Shown in pieces: positions 1-25,154 of a DNA stretch of 64,000 bases (the stretch's first letter is position 1; every line of letters begins with the position of its first letter). The notes under the pieces were generated by a model. It made no database searches. It had not been told where the DNA came from and saw only the letters and a program-made list of their open reading frames with translations. The DNA lies in the NCBI GenBank assembly GCA_951406725.2, contig OX597829.1, positions 33,604,001 through 33,668,000 on the forward strand, written 5' to 3'. This DNA comes from Octopus vulgaris. Its lineage: Eukaryota. The translations under genes were made by a program, and so were the position numbers.

Positions 1-169
1 ATCATATGCACACATATGTGTATTCATATTACAAGTGCAGGGTAGGTTAAAGTTTAAGATTATAAAGAGAAGCAGTGAACAATTTGGAGTCAAAGAAACG
101 TCACAAAAATTGAGAAACAATTCTTTATGAGCCTTATAAAAACTTTTTAAAAATTTGCTGGAAGGTGGA

Positions 170-600
170 GAGAAGGGCACATGCATGGTCCTGTCGTCAA
201 CATATAAACCAGTCCACCCACAAACATTGCCTGGTGAGGAAGGTTGCTGAAAACCCAGCAGGACAAAAACAATACCTGTCAAAATGATGGAAGAACACAT
301 GATCAACACCCAACTGATAATAGTAAAGAGACTTAAAAATTATGGCTTAGTATCCAGCATGCTGTAAAACCTGTGAGTGTGAGGCAGGCTTTTGCTAAAG
401 CATATCTCTAGGAGAAGGTAATACGTCCACAAATACAATGGTAGTTTAACTTATTGAGTAGTCAGGAAGTGACAACATTAAATGACAGTCAGACAAAGAG
501 AAGGACAATATTGTGTACAAACCCTCACTGCCTGTGAGTGCCTTTGAAGAGGTAAAGGCGAAAGCAATTAATCCCAACAGAAAATTGGGCTGAAAAGAAT
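170..600 (+). mobile_element. Diverged RTE-type LINE 5' leader (no ORF)
   Basis: Collinear motifs with the minus-strand leader at 43886-44432 (gcatggtc..., ggtgagga, aaaaacaa, ctaggagaaggtaa); that leader family precedes an RTE endonuclease ORF at 5413-6945. Confidence 0.55.
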
Positions 601-1119
601 CTGGAGTCTACTAACTCTATTCATTATGAAAGGAGACTGAAGATAATGAATGAAGTGTATCTGAAGGTTTTGAATATTCAGCCATAAAGCTAACCCCCAC
701 CCCCACCTTCAGGGATTGTAGTCTTGTGAATTGCATGGCAACCAAACTAATAATTCTTTTTTGGAACCAGAATTGAAAAGAAAAAAGAAAACAAAAAAAA
801 ACAAAATTTCCCTGTGGTTTTATATTCAAATGAGATTATTCAACCCAATAGCTTTATATGTACTTTGAGATCTAATTAACAAGAATAATTATCACATGTT
901 CTCTCAAGTGTTTACAAATTTTTAAAACCACCTCACTAATAATAGTGGCATTAAAAAAAAAACAGTACACATAAAGTGGTTAGTGTTAGGAAGGGTATCC
1001 AACAACAGAAAACATGTTACAGCAGACAATGGGGCAATGAACCCATCAAATGCTGTCAAACCATACATCCCATGCCAGAATGAAAAAAGAATATTAACTG
1101 ATTACAAACATAGATATAG

Positions 1120-1655
1120 ACCCAGGAAGACATAAGACATGGTGGTGAAGCATGACCTTCGAACTTTGAGCCTCACAGAGGCAATGACTAGTGACCAAGA
1201 CCTTTGGCGATGTGCTCTGCTTAAGAGGACCCATCAAGCCAAGTGCACCAGTGCTGGTGGCATGTAAAAAAAAAAAAATCAACCTTTAAATGTTAGGCCT
1301 CATGAAAGCAAAGTGGCCAAATTCCTTTCGAGTGTTGGGCCTCACAGAGGTGAGGTGGCTGAGTTCCTTTTGAGCAGGCCTCACGGAGGCAAGGTGGCTA
1401 AGTTCCTTTCGAGTGTTGGGCCTCATGGAAGCAATGACCAAGACCTTTGGCATTATGTTGTGCTCGAAAAGAAGACCCATGAAGCTGAGCAAAATCACAT
1501 TCATAGCATTACACTCTTGGGGTGGTTGACATTAGGAAGGGCATCCACCTGTAGAAAACCATGCCAAATCAGACTGGATCTTGGCATAGCCTTCCAGTAT
1601 GCCAGCCCAGTCAAAATTTCCAACCCATGGACAACGGATGTTAAATGATGATGAT
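1120..1655 (+). mobile_element. RTE 3' end / RTE-tailed repeat with internal ~42-bp tandem units and (GAT)n tail
   Basis: cccaggaagaca...gtggtgaagcatgacctt as at RTE ends 46717 and 50001; 3-4 copies of ttcctttcgagtgttgggcctca; ttaggaagggcatcca...caacccatg...gttaaatgatgatgat terminus. Confidence 0.75.
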
Positions 1656-2057
1656 ATATGTGTGTATGTGCATGCACATATACACACACATACATTATTA
1701 AAAGCCTGAGGTGCATCACACTGTACATACATCATCATTATACATGTTCAATATACTGCTGGATGAAGGCCTCAGTGTGTTCTCTCTCTACGATCCATGG
1801 GCAGGGTGGCAAAGAATTTAAAGTTTTCATTCCAACTTTACATTGAGAAAAAAACAAGTGGGAAAACATGGTAGTGTCCACTGTCAGTTTGCTATTCCAT
1901 CAGTTATACTTTCTTATAAACATATATCTTCTCTGAAGGACCATTTCAGAGTTTTTATTTTCTAGATAATATCCATTAAACCTATTGCCACTTCTATCTA
2001 ACTGTTTCTCAACTTATCCATTTTTTAAACTTTGGCATTCTTCTTTCCATGGCTCTT

Positions 2058-2089
<32 letters not shown>

Positions 2090-2378
2090 ATCGTGGCCGA
2101 AGCCAGTGCCGCCTCGACTGGCTTCCGTGCAGGTGGCACGTAAAATGCACCAATCCGACCGTGGCCGATGCCAGCCTCGCCTGGCACCAGTGCAGGTGGC
2201 ACGTAAAAAGCACCCACTACACTCATGGAGTGGTTGGTGTTAGGAAGGGCATCCAGCTGTAGAAACATTGCCAGATAAGACCGGAGCCTGGTGCAGCCTT
2301 CTGGCTTCCCAGATCCCCGGTCGAACCGTCCAACCCATGTTAGCATGGAGAACGGACGTTAAACGATGATGATGATGA
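2090..2378 (+). mobile_element. RTE-tail/SINE copy inserted in a (TA)n tract
   Basis: gtggcacgtaaaa repeats, ttaggaagggcatccagctgtagaaac core, (GAT)n tail; TA runs on both sides. Confidence 0.8.
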
Positions 2379-3889
2379 TATATATATATATATGGTGAAA
2401 CATCTATGACTGTAGTAACTGATGGTAAGAAAATTACAATAATTATTAACTAATACATTTCTGTCAATGCATATTGCCCTATTTTTTTAATATTTTGTGC
2501 ATTACATATCTTGGCACCTGCTTAGCTGCTATGGTAATTATATTTACTCTTTACATTCTCTCTTCCTCTCTGTTGTCACAAAATTAACATTAGTCAACTC
2601 TAAAAGAACTTATTTCAATTAAATATTCTTTAATAAATCATGTGTTTAATAATGCTTTATACAGCTACTGTGGTGACAGGTTGGCTCTAGTCAAGCAAAT
2701 GGAGAAAGATTTTACATGTTTGTATATCGATGACAACTATATTGATCAAATGACATATTTAGCATTATGGCTACTGTCATTACTAGGTTAGTTGGTTGAC
2801 AAACCTTTTACATCATTTATAATAATACTTTTACTTTAAGCTCCTAGTTCAAATCCTGCTGTTTTTTATGCTCTATAAAATAACAACCAGTTGAATACTG
2901 ATAGAAAAAAAAGTACCAATCTTGAGTGATGGATTATCAGAAGTTTTAGAGGGTCAGATGTGATGCTTTGCAGTATCTATATTAGCTCTTTGCATTTTGA
3001 TGGTACCTTTTGTGATGACATAAAACTGCTCCCTGTAGGAAAATAATTTTTGTGATCATAATACAGGGGAAGATATTTAATAGTTGACCTGCAGATAATT
3101 ACTTTATTCATAAATTGCTCCCTCTTTAGAAATTAGAATAGATGCAATCCCAGATTGACTTGACCAACTCGATTTATATTCTAATCAACCTGGCTTATTT
3201 TTATAGACAAAGTCTTGAAATCTGTGGATTTGTTCACTGAACTTGCTAGAAACATCAAATTATCTATCATCTTAGAAAGGAAATGAAGGCCACATCAATT
3301 ACAATAGTAATCCTACATATTCAAAAATATGGGATGGTCAAAATTGGAATTGTAAATCTACTATATCAGTGAGGATCTGGGGTTAAACAACTTTTCTCTG
3401 ACTCTAGCTTTTATAATTCACAACTCAGGTAAATCAACACACATGTTATTGATAAAAATTGTTATATTATTGTTATCAATCCCAGAGATTACAGTGGCTT
3501 TAAAAAAAAAGGAAAGAAAAGAAACACGGCTGAAAATTATATATAGATTTAAGCAGATTAACAAACATGCATGTAGACAGATGTATTTGATTTGGCTTTG
3601 TTTCATTCCTTAAGTATGTATGTCTACATGAGTAAGCATTAGGTTAGTAATGCCAGTTTTTCAGCAGAGATAGCATTTTGAAGCTGGAATTTAGCAAAAT
3701 CCTCAGATAACATGTCATCTCAAGATTAGCTGTTGGTTGCTATGGCTATTATACACAGCAGTTAGACACTATAATTATTGTATGAATGCAATAGCTATAT
3801 ACTATAGTTATATGCAAACACTGGATAGATCTCCAGAACAGTATTTCACTGCTTGTAGTCCTTTGTCATCTTATCTCCTTCATGAGTTT

Positions 3890-4200
3890 CAACATTCAGA
3901 GAATAACCCTAACCACAACTTACCATGAGGTACTTTCTTCTTAAATAACTTGATATTTGCTCAACTGTCTTCTGCCAAATGCATTATATGTCCACTGAAG
4001 ATTCCTGTCTTGCAACACTAAAGCTGAATGCTCTTATAGCCAATTTTCCTCTCAACACTATGGTATTCCATTGTTCATCATACTAACATTCTACATAGTT
4101 TGCTTACATCATTTCTTTCCAGCATTCATACAACGTCCACATCCTATACCTATGCTTCACTGCTATGAAATATTGCATTTTGTACACAAGCAAATACTAT
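3890..4200 (-). mobile_element. Highly decayed RTE RT C-terminal fragment
   Basis: Reverse complement loosely resembles 46430-46740 (LERND/LRGKL-type segments); no open frame. Confidence 0.4.
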
Positions 4201-4411
4201 TTCTCCCTCCCCTACCCCAACTGAGATAATTTTGATTTGAGATATTTTTATGTATATTATCCAGTACAACACCTCTTAACTTATGAGTGCAGGTGAGACA
4301 AAGGGACAGACAGACAGTATATAACATACTTATGATTTACTGTGTTTAATGGAATATACGATCTTCAAAAAAGAGTTTTGTTTTTTTTAAAATCCGCCTA
4401 GGTCTTATATG

Positions 4412-4412
<1 letters not shown>

Positions 4413-4490
<78 letters not shown>
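4413..4490. repeat. (GT)n microsatellite
   Basis: Pure GT run of about 78 bp. Confidence 0.98.
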
Positions 4491-4497
<7 letters not shown>

Positions 4498-4699
4498 CAT
4501 ATAATGTCCACTTTCTTTGCTGGTCAAACTGCCCAACCCATGTCAACATGGAAAACATGTTAAATAAGGATATATTTATGCATACATACATTATATATAA
4601 GATACAGAAGTATTGTAGATTTAAAACAAAATATTAAAACCGATTAAATATTGAAGCATCTTCAGGACTTTCAGCCCACCCTGTATATATATATACAAA

Positions 4700-5412
4700 C
4701 ATTTGGTAGATAAAGCAAGTAAGGATATGAAGTAAGGAAAAGTCCCCAGCCCATCAGGAATCACTGCTGAGATGCTTAAAATATCTTGTGGTGTGGGTTA
4801 TGGCCTATTGTATTGTAAACCAGGTAGTTCACGAAGGAGTTATACCACATGACTGGTATAGCAGCACCATAGTCAACTGCTACAAAGGTAAAGGTGATGC
4901 TTTAGAGAGAAATAACTACAGAGGTATCAAACTGCTGGATCAGGTGATGAAAGTCACAGAGAGGGTCACAGCCCATCTAATTTGGGAGAGAGTTCACTTA
5001 GATGCAATGCAGTTCAGTTTTGTACAAGGTAGAAGCACCATTGATGCTATATACCTGGTAAGACAACTGCAGGAAAAATATCTAGCCAAAGTAAACCCTT
5101 ATACTTGGCTTTTGTTGACTAGGAGAAATCCTTTCACAGAGTTTCCTGATCACTAATCTGTTGAGCGATGTGGAAACTGGGGATTGACGAGTGGTTAATA
5201 AGAGCTGTACATGCACTGTATAGGGATGCTGTTAGTAAGGTAAGGGTCAGCAAGGAGTATAGTGAAGAATTCCAGGTAGAAGTAAGGGTTTACCAAGGAT
5301 CAGCCCTCAGCCCCACTCCTATTCATAATAGACCTCCAGGCAATAACAGAGGAATTCAAGAGATTGCCCCTGAGATCTCCTCTATGCTGATGACCTCGTT
5401 CTCATAGTGGAA
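4700..5412 (+). mobile_element. RTE LINE reverse-transcriptase fragment (frameshifted, truncated)
   Basis: ORFs 4788-5156 (YKGKGDALERNNYRGIKLLDQVMKV, GRSTIDAI) and 5168-5407 (QGSALSP); tatgctgatgac = YADD near 5383. Confidence 0.92.
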
Positions 5413-6945
5413 TCAGCCAATAAATCATCCATAAGTTCATTTTCTTTAAACCAATCTTGATGCTTTCTTTGTATCAATCCCAGAACTTTCTTGCCTATAT
5501 CATAAACTGACTCTTTAAGGGCCGGCCAATCCTCCCCAAGACCTGCAAAGTTCATTTCCTCTCGTAAAGTTTTCTTCACACTATTACACCCAAGATGATC
5601 AACATTCAGTCTTTTAGGCAGGGTAATCCCTGCAGCCCAGATTTTACGTTTTGTGACTAATTTCACTTTTGCACGTACTACACAGTGGTCAGTCCAACAC
5701 TCAGTCCCACGAAGAACCGGAACACACTGTACATCTCATCTGTCACACACCCTAACAAGAATGTAATCCAGAATATGCCATTCTTTAGATGCAGGGTGTA
5801 TCCATGTGGTCTTAAACTTATTCTTTTGTTGAAACGTGGTATTGGTAACACACAGACGCAGCTCCTCACACATCTGCAGCAAAAGCATGCCATTACTATT
5901 ACACTTTCCCACCCCATGCTTTCCAATTACAGTCCATGTGTTAAAATCTCTACCCACTCTAGCATTAAAGTCACCCAGTATGATGACTGTCTACCTGAGG
6001 AATATTTCTTATAATGCCCTTCAAAGCATAGGAGAAAGAAACTTTTTCATCATCAGTATAGCACATAGTTGGAGAATACACACTCACCAAGATCACATAA
6101 TTTTCTTTAGCCAAAGGAAATCTCATGGACATAAGACGCTTATTAATCCCGACTGGGAATTCTTCCAACTTGTCCACAAGAGTAGTCTTAACAGCAAATG
6201 CCACTCCAGCTTCTCTAAACTCTTCCTTCCTCCCTTTTCAAAAGAATATATATTTTCCACAAGATTCTGTAAGATGACCATCTCCAGGTAATCTCGTTTC
6301 AGATAAAGCAACGATGTCAAGATCATAGCATCAGAGCTCCTTTGCAACAAGCGCAGTCCTTCTTTCAGGACATTCAGAGGACTTACGGTCAAGCAGTGTC
6401 CATACATTCCAACAGCCAATATTCAATATTTTATTTGGTTCTATCACAGTAGCATGATGATGGCCGGTTTCAGACTGTGATGCTCTGGAGCCCCTGCTGG
6501 GCCAGGCTCTTTCATCTGATGTGGTTCCAGAGTCCTTACTGCCATCTATTTTTATACTGTTTTGGTACGTCATTGATTATTTGCTTTTTAAGGCTACAGC
6601 CAGCCATTCAGTTGAGACTCACAGTACTATCAACAATCATGAATTAGTTAATCAATTTAATCAATCAATCAATGCTGTTATCGTGCAATGCCTGTGCAAG
6701 GAGATTTTTTTAAAGAGAGGAAAGGCTGTGCACTGAATCAGTCCCACTCACTAAGCACAAGCAGCCATATTCTGAAAAGAACAAGTCAACATCATCGGTA
6801 ACCACTGAGCCACAGGTTTTATATCGGAGTTATGAAGGATGCCCTAACAATGGCTAGGGGTCCTTCACTCACAATGGTTTAACCACGCAACTGGGTATTC
6901 AGTGCGATTATTCCTATGTCCACACGCATGATACAGCCATAAGCT
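5413..6945 (-). mobile_element. Second RTE family: 5' leader plus AP-endonuclease region, decayed
   Basis: IGCWNVWTLLD...RRTALVAKEL (6331-6573), VSVYSPT (5971-6204), WIHPASKEWHILDYILVR (5736-5957), RKHQDWF (5382-5666); 6660-6940 matches 43925-44230. Confidence 0.9.
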
Positions 6946-7149
6946 GGATAAAATAGATATAACGGAAAAAAGAAAAACATACAAAATATAAAAATATTGA
7001 TATAAAAAATATACATAAAATATATGCTGTGAAGTATATATAAAAAAATATATAATGAGCAAGCAATAATAATATACATTATACAAGGTCACTTTCGAGT
7101 GCTACTGATAACATGTACCCCAGAACAACTTGTCGCATGGGCGAGCACA

Positions 7150-7940
7150 CACATATACATATATATATATATATATAACAGGAAACTTTATGAAATTAAA
7201 CAAAAGACGAAGGCAGGTGGAATACAAATACACACACACATATGTACATATATGTATATATACACACACACATATATACATGTACACACACATACACATA
7301 CACACACATACACACACACACATACATACACACATCCATACACACACACACATACACACACACACACATACACGTACACACACACTTGAACACACATACA
7401 TACACACACACATACACACATACATTCATATATATCCATACACACACATATACAATCCACACACACACACACATATATACAAATACACACACACACATAC
7501 ATATACAAATACACACACACACATGCAAATACACACACACACACATACACACACACACACACACATATACATACACACACACACACATATACAAATACAC
7601 ACACACACACATATACAAATACAAATACACACACACATACATATATAAATACACACACACATACATATACAAATACACACACACACATAGATACATATAC
7701 AAATACACACACATACATATACAAATACACACACATACATATACAAATACACACATATACATATACAAATACACACATACATATACAAATACACACACAC
7801 ACATATACAAATACACACACATATATACATATATACACACACATATCTACATATATACACACACATATCTACATATATATATATACATACATACACATAT
7901 ATACATATATATATATACATACATACACACACATATCTAC

Positions 7941-7971
<31 letters not shown>

Positions 7972-8120
7972 CACACACATATCTACATATATACATACAC
8001 ACACATATCTACATATATATATAGATACACATATACATATATATATACATACACACACACATTTATGCATATATATATACATACACACAAATATATATGT
8101 ATATATGTACATACATACGT
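7150..8120. repeat. Compound (TA)/(CA) microsatellite array with a short pLTR-like insert at 7178-7230
   Basis: Direct reading; 7178-7230 is the reverse complement of 15135-15185. Confidence 0.95.
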
Positions 8121-8121
8121 A

Positions 8122-8838
8122 TCATCATCATCATCATTTAACGTCCGTTTTCCATGCTAGCATGGGTTGGACGGTTCAACTGGGGTCTGGAGAGCCCGAA
8201 AGCTGCACCAGTCCAGTCAGATCTGGCAGTGTTTCTACAGCTGGATGCCCTTCCTAACGCCAACCACTCCGAGAGTGTAGTGGGTGATTTTATGTGCCAC
8301 CGACACAGGTGCCAGACGAGGCTGGCAAACGGCCACCCTCGGATGGTGTTTTTTATGTGCCACCGACACAGGTGCCAGACGAGGCTGGCAGACGGCCACG
8401 CTCGGATGGTGTTTTTATGTGCCACCGACACAGGTGCCAGATGAGGCTGGCAAACGGCCACGATCGGATGGTGTTTGTTACGTGCCGACAGCACGGAGGC
8501 CAGTCGATGCGGTACTGGCTACGGCCACGTTCGGATGGTTTTCTTGTGTGCCACGTGCCACCGGGACTGGTACCACAAAAATACAAATTCCATTGATGTT
8601 CATCTATTTTGATTTGTTTTGATTTGATTTTCACTTGCCTCAACAGGTCTTCACAAGTGTCACAAGAAGGAAGGTATGCACAGGTGGACTGACTACGTCC
8701 CAGGTAGGGGCCACAGGTTATGGCCTGACTAGTCTTGCCGGGTCTTCGGATGGTGTTTTTATGTGCCACCGACACAGGTGCCAGATGAGGCTGGCGAACG
8801 GCCATGATCGGATGGTGTTTGTTAAGTGCCCACAGCAC
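8122..8838 (-). mobile_element. RTE 3' UTR/RTE-tailed repeat with ~65-bp internal tandem units
   Basis: (ATC)n tail at 8122; 4-5 copies of ttttatgtgccaccgacacaggtgccaga...cggatggtg; 8620-8745 is antisense to 46775-46910. Confidence 0.85.
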
Positions 8839-8839
8839 G

Positions 8840-14945
<6,106 letters not shown>

Positions 14946-15185
14946 CATGTTTGATCCTTGACTTCTGGCCGAAATCAGATCGTCATGATTCGCTAGCTTC
15001 TGCACGCATATTTTTTTTCTCTCCTTCTTTGTGCTTTTTTTCTCTGTGTATCTTTCTGTTGAAGAGCGTAGGCTCGAAACGTTAAAGACTTGTTTCATTT
15101 ATATTTCCTGAGCGCCATAGTAATACAATTGTTTGTTTGTATTCCACCTGCCTTCGTCTTGTCTATTTTCATAAAGCTTCCCGTT
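14946..15185 (+). mobile_element. Penelope-type pLTR-like island containing a minimal hammerhead motif
   Basis: 240-bp unique island between arrays; hammerhead motif at 15051-15088; partial inverted copy at 7178-7230. Confidence 0.65.
15051..15088 (+). ncRNA. Minimal type I hammerhead ribozyme (core variant, probably inactive)
   Basis: UCUUU-CUGUUGA-A-GAGC-GUAG-GCUC-GAAAC-GUU-AAAGA; stems I and II pair, palindromic AACGUU stem III; A6 replaced by U. Confidence 0.7.
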
Positions 15186-20892
<5,707 letters not shown>

Positions 20893-21850
20893 GGGGTCGG
20901 GGGCGTGGGTATACTTCTTGCAGAGAAATGGGTGGTTAAGGTAATCGAGGTAGTCAGAGTAAGTGACAGAGTAATTAAATTTAGATTAGTCCTTCACCAC
21001 AGGACAGCTACCATCATCTTGGCATATCCCCCTCAACCAGGACTACCAGAAGGACAAAAAGACCAATTCTATGACACCCTATTGCGGACTACCTCGTTGA
21101 CAAATGACAGTGACCTTCTCTTCGTGGCAGGTGATTTCAATGGACATGTCAGACGGCATGTCGGGGGCTTCCATGGCGTCCATGGAGGCTACAGTTTTGG
21201 CTCTCGAAATGAGGAGGGAACCAGGCTGCAGGAGTTCTGCGATGCAAATGACCTTATGGTCTGCAATACCAACTTCAGGAAACCCACCTCTCACCTAGTC
21301 ACCTACCGTTCTGGCAGACACACCAGCCAGATTGACTACATCCTTGCCAGAAAAAGGGAAAGGGGGCTAATTATAAATGCCAAAACCTTTCCAGGCGAAG
21401 AATGTACTCCTCAACATAGATTAGTAGTTAGCGACTTTAGGATCAGAGCTAAATGGTTGCCCAGAAGAAGACCAGCTTGGAGGAGAAGGGTCTGGAAGCT
21501 TAAAGATCCTGCAAATGGACAGAGATTTAGAGACATACTACTCGACGCCTTTGACGAAATAGAAGGGGATATAGCTTCACTTAATTTGGAAGACAACTGG
21601 AAATTTCTACGGGACAATCTGCTGACAGCCACTGACCAGATCTGTGGATGGAGCAAAGTACCATCTCGTCCCAGAGTAACATGGTGGTGGAACACTGTGG
21701 TTGACAGGGCTATTAGACAAAAGAGACAGGCTTGGAAGGACTGGAAGAACAGTGGTAGCAGGGAATTGTATCAGACAGCCAGAAGGGAAGCTAGGAGACA
21801 GGTTTATTTAGCCAGAGGGGAAGCGGATAAGAAAAAATTTGCCAATGTCA
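20893..21850 (+). mobile_element. RTE LINE AP-endonuclease fragment, open frame, truncated at both ends
   Basis: ORF 20905-21897: VAGDFNGHV, NTNFRK, SQIDYIL, PQHRLVV, TWWWN; similarity ends near KKKFANV. Confidence 0.93.
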
Positions 21851-21957
21851 AATATAATAGTATAGAACAAAACAAGGCACATCAAAGAGTAATATGATAC
21901 AATAAGTACAGTATGTATAAGTGATTATAAATAAATACAAATATAAAGATAAACTAC

Positions 21958-22073
21958 ATCTTACAGCTGTTTCAGCCATGCAGATATGGGTATCTCATTA
22001 TGCTCATATTAGCCAGGTGTGATAAGTTAATATGCGGTTATAAATGAGACACTTACAAGACCTCTTCAGAGAT
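21958..22073 (-). ncRNA. Type I hammerhead ribozyme with intact core and long stem II
   Basis: AUCU-CUGAAGA-[89-nt nested stem II]-GAAA-CAGCUG-UA-AGAU; stem I AUCU/AGAU; predicted GUA cleavage triplet. Confidence 0.8.
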
Positions 22074-22261
22074 TATAAAGCACAAACTAAACTAAATATG
22101 AATATCAGAGGAAGACATACATGAGTGGGTACATACCCATAATATATAATATACACATACATATGAGTGCATATACCCATACTCATATATATATATATAT
22201 CTATATATATATATAGATCAATAGATGGTGGGGTTGTGTTGACCACACGTGGAGATATGAT

Positions 22262-22562
22262 AAGCAAGGAAAAATTGTAAAAATGCAGAATGCTCAAAAG
22301 AAAGAAAATTTTAATGAAATGAGAAATTGATAAAACATATAAATATATATTTATTAAAACCGGTTTTCCTCATTGTATGACTTGTCAAGAATGTTTAGGT
22401 TAAAAAAGTTTTTTAAAAAACTTTTTTAACCTAAACATACAAGTCATACAATGACGAAAACCGGTTTGAATAAATATATATTTATATATTTTATCAATTT
22501 CTCATTTCATTAAAATTTTCTTTCATTTGAGCATTCTGCATTTTTACAATTTTTCCTTGCTA
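22262..22562. repeat. ~300-bp near-perfect palindrome (fold-back)
   Basis: agcaaggaaaaattg... mirrored by ...caatttttccttgct; centre ttttttaaaaaa near 22414; few mismatches and one 5-nt indel. Confidence 0.95.
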
Positions 22563-22799
22563 TATATATATATATAATAATATACAACAATATACATACA
22601 TACATATGTTCTATATTCAAGATTACAGTTGGTCAAAACAATATATTAGAATATTACAATATACAAACATACACATATCTATATTCAAATACACATACAC
22701 AAAGTCAAGAGTTCATTATATTAAGTTACAAAATGCCATTAATATTACCATCATTACTATTACCATTGCCACTATTGCTACTAATATTATTATTATTAC

Positions 22800-23046
22800 C
22801 TGTGGCACGTTAAAAGCACCAACCGATCGTGGCCGATGCCAGTCTCCCCTGACACCTGTGCCGGTGGCACGTAAAAAGCACCCACTACACTCGCGAAGTG
22901 GTTGGCATTAGGAAGGGCATCAAGCTGAAGAAACACTGCCAGATCAGACTGGAGCCTGGTGCAGCCCCTGGCTTCCCAGACCCCGGTCGAACCGTCCAAC
23001 CTGTGCTAGCGCGGAAAACAGACGTTAAACGATGATGATGATGATG
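22800..23046 (+). mobile_element. RTE-tail/SINE copy with (GAT)n tail
   Basis: Same family as 2090-2378. Confidence 0.85.
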
Positions 23047-23333
23047 AATACCAGCAAAACAATATATGCATCACGCGGTTAGCAACATAATAGCAAAAAC
23101 AACAACAACAACAACAATAATACAGTACAATGCAAAGCATTATAGATCGGCAAATACATATAAAATGAAAAATATTAATTTACATCATAGCAAATTTCAC
23201 AAGTGCACAAGCATATGAATGCGTAGCAGCCATAGTTTTTGACTGTGATATGTATAAAGTATTAAGTTTAGAGATAGTTTAAGATCGAACACTCAATACG
23301 ATTGGCTTGCACATTTGAATTTCAATTGTCTTC

Positions 23334-23336
<3 letters not shown>

Positions 23337-23399
<63 letters not shown>

Positions 23400-24949
23400 A
23401 AAATATATATATACATACATATATACACACAAATATATATTTTTATATATATATATATACATACAAATATACATATATACACCAGGATTAATCAGCCGAA
23501 ATTTGCTATAGTGATCCGGTTCCTGACAGAAGATTAAAGGCCTCGAATGACCCGTCCATTTTTTGTGTCGTCTCTTTGTGTATTTCACGTTCTTCTCCCT
23601 TTTTATATATATATATAGACATACAAATATATATATATACACATACAAATATGTATATATATACACATACAAATATGTATATATACACATACAAATATAT
23701 ATATATACACATACAAATATATATATATACACATACAAATATATATATATACACATACAAATATATATATATACACATACAAATATATATATATACACAT
23801 ACAAATATATATATATACACATACAAATATATATATATACACATACAAATATATATATATACACATACAAATATATATATATACACATACAAATATATAT
23901 ATATATACACATACAAATATATATATATATACATACAAATATATATATATATACATACAAATATATATATATATACATACAAATATATATATATACATAC
24001 AAATATATATATATATATACATACAAATATATACATATATACATACAAATATATACATATATACATACAAATATATACATATATACATACAAATATATAC
24101 ATATATACATACAAATATATACATATATACATACAAATATATACATATATACATACAAATATATACATATATACATACAAATATATACATACATACAAAT
24201 ATATACATATATACACATACATACATACAAATATATACATATATACATACAAATATATACATATATACATACAAATATATACATATATACATACAAATAT
24301 ATACATATATACATACAAATATATACATATATACATACAAATATATACATATATATATACAAATATATACATATATATATATACAAATATATACATATAT
24401 ATATATACAAATATATACATATACAAATATATACATATACAAATATATACATATACAAATATATACATATATATATACAAATATATACATATACAAATAT
24501 ATACATATATATATACAAATATATACATATATATATACAAATATATACATATATATATACAAATATATACATATATATACAAATATATATACAAATATAT
24601 ACATATATATATACATATATATATACAAATATATACATATATATATACATATATATACAAATATATACATATATATACATATATATATACAAATATATAC
24701 ATATATATACACAAATATATACATATATATACAAATATATACATATATATACAAATATATACATATATATACAAATATATACATATATATATACAAATAT
24801 ATACATATATATATACAAATATATACATATATATATACAAATATATACATATATATATACAAATATATACATATATATATACAAATATATACATATATAT
24901 ATACAAATATATACATATATATATACAAATATATACATATATATATACA

Positions 24950-25022
<73 letters not shown>

Positions 25023-25123
25023 AATATATACATATATATACAAATATATACATATATATACAAATATATACATATATATACAAATATATACATATATATA
25101 CAAATATATACATATATATACAA

Positions 25124-25154
<31 letters not shown>

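Noticed and set aside
529-570. Hammerhead-like ctgtga-gccttt/aaaggc-gaaa
   Set aside because: Core lacks a base and no convincing stem I, stem III or cleavage triplet; kept only as a hairpin in the RTE-like leader
617-829. Possible minus-strand coding exon after a pyrimidine tract
   Set aside because: No clean acceptor AG, weak donor and no recognisable protein
4600-4680. Minus-strand CTGAAGA motif
   Set aside because: No matching GAAA or stem III downstream
8290-8560. CRISPR-like repeats (also 1285-1430 and 50232-50442)
   Set aside because: Head-to-tail tandem units without unique spacers, inside retroelement UTRs; no cas genes; eukaryotic context
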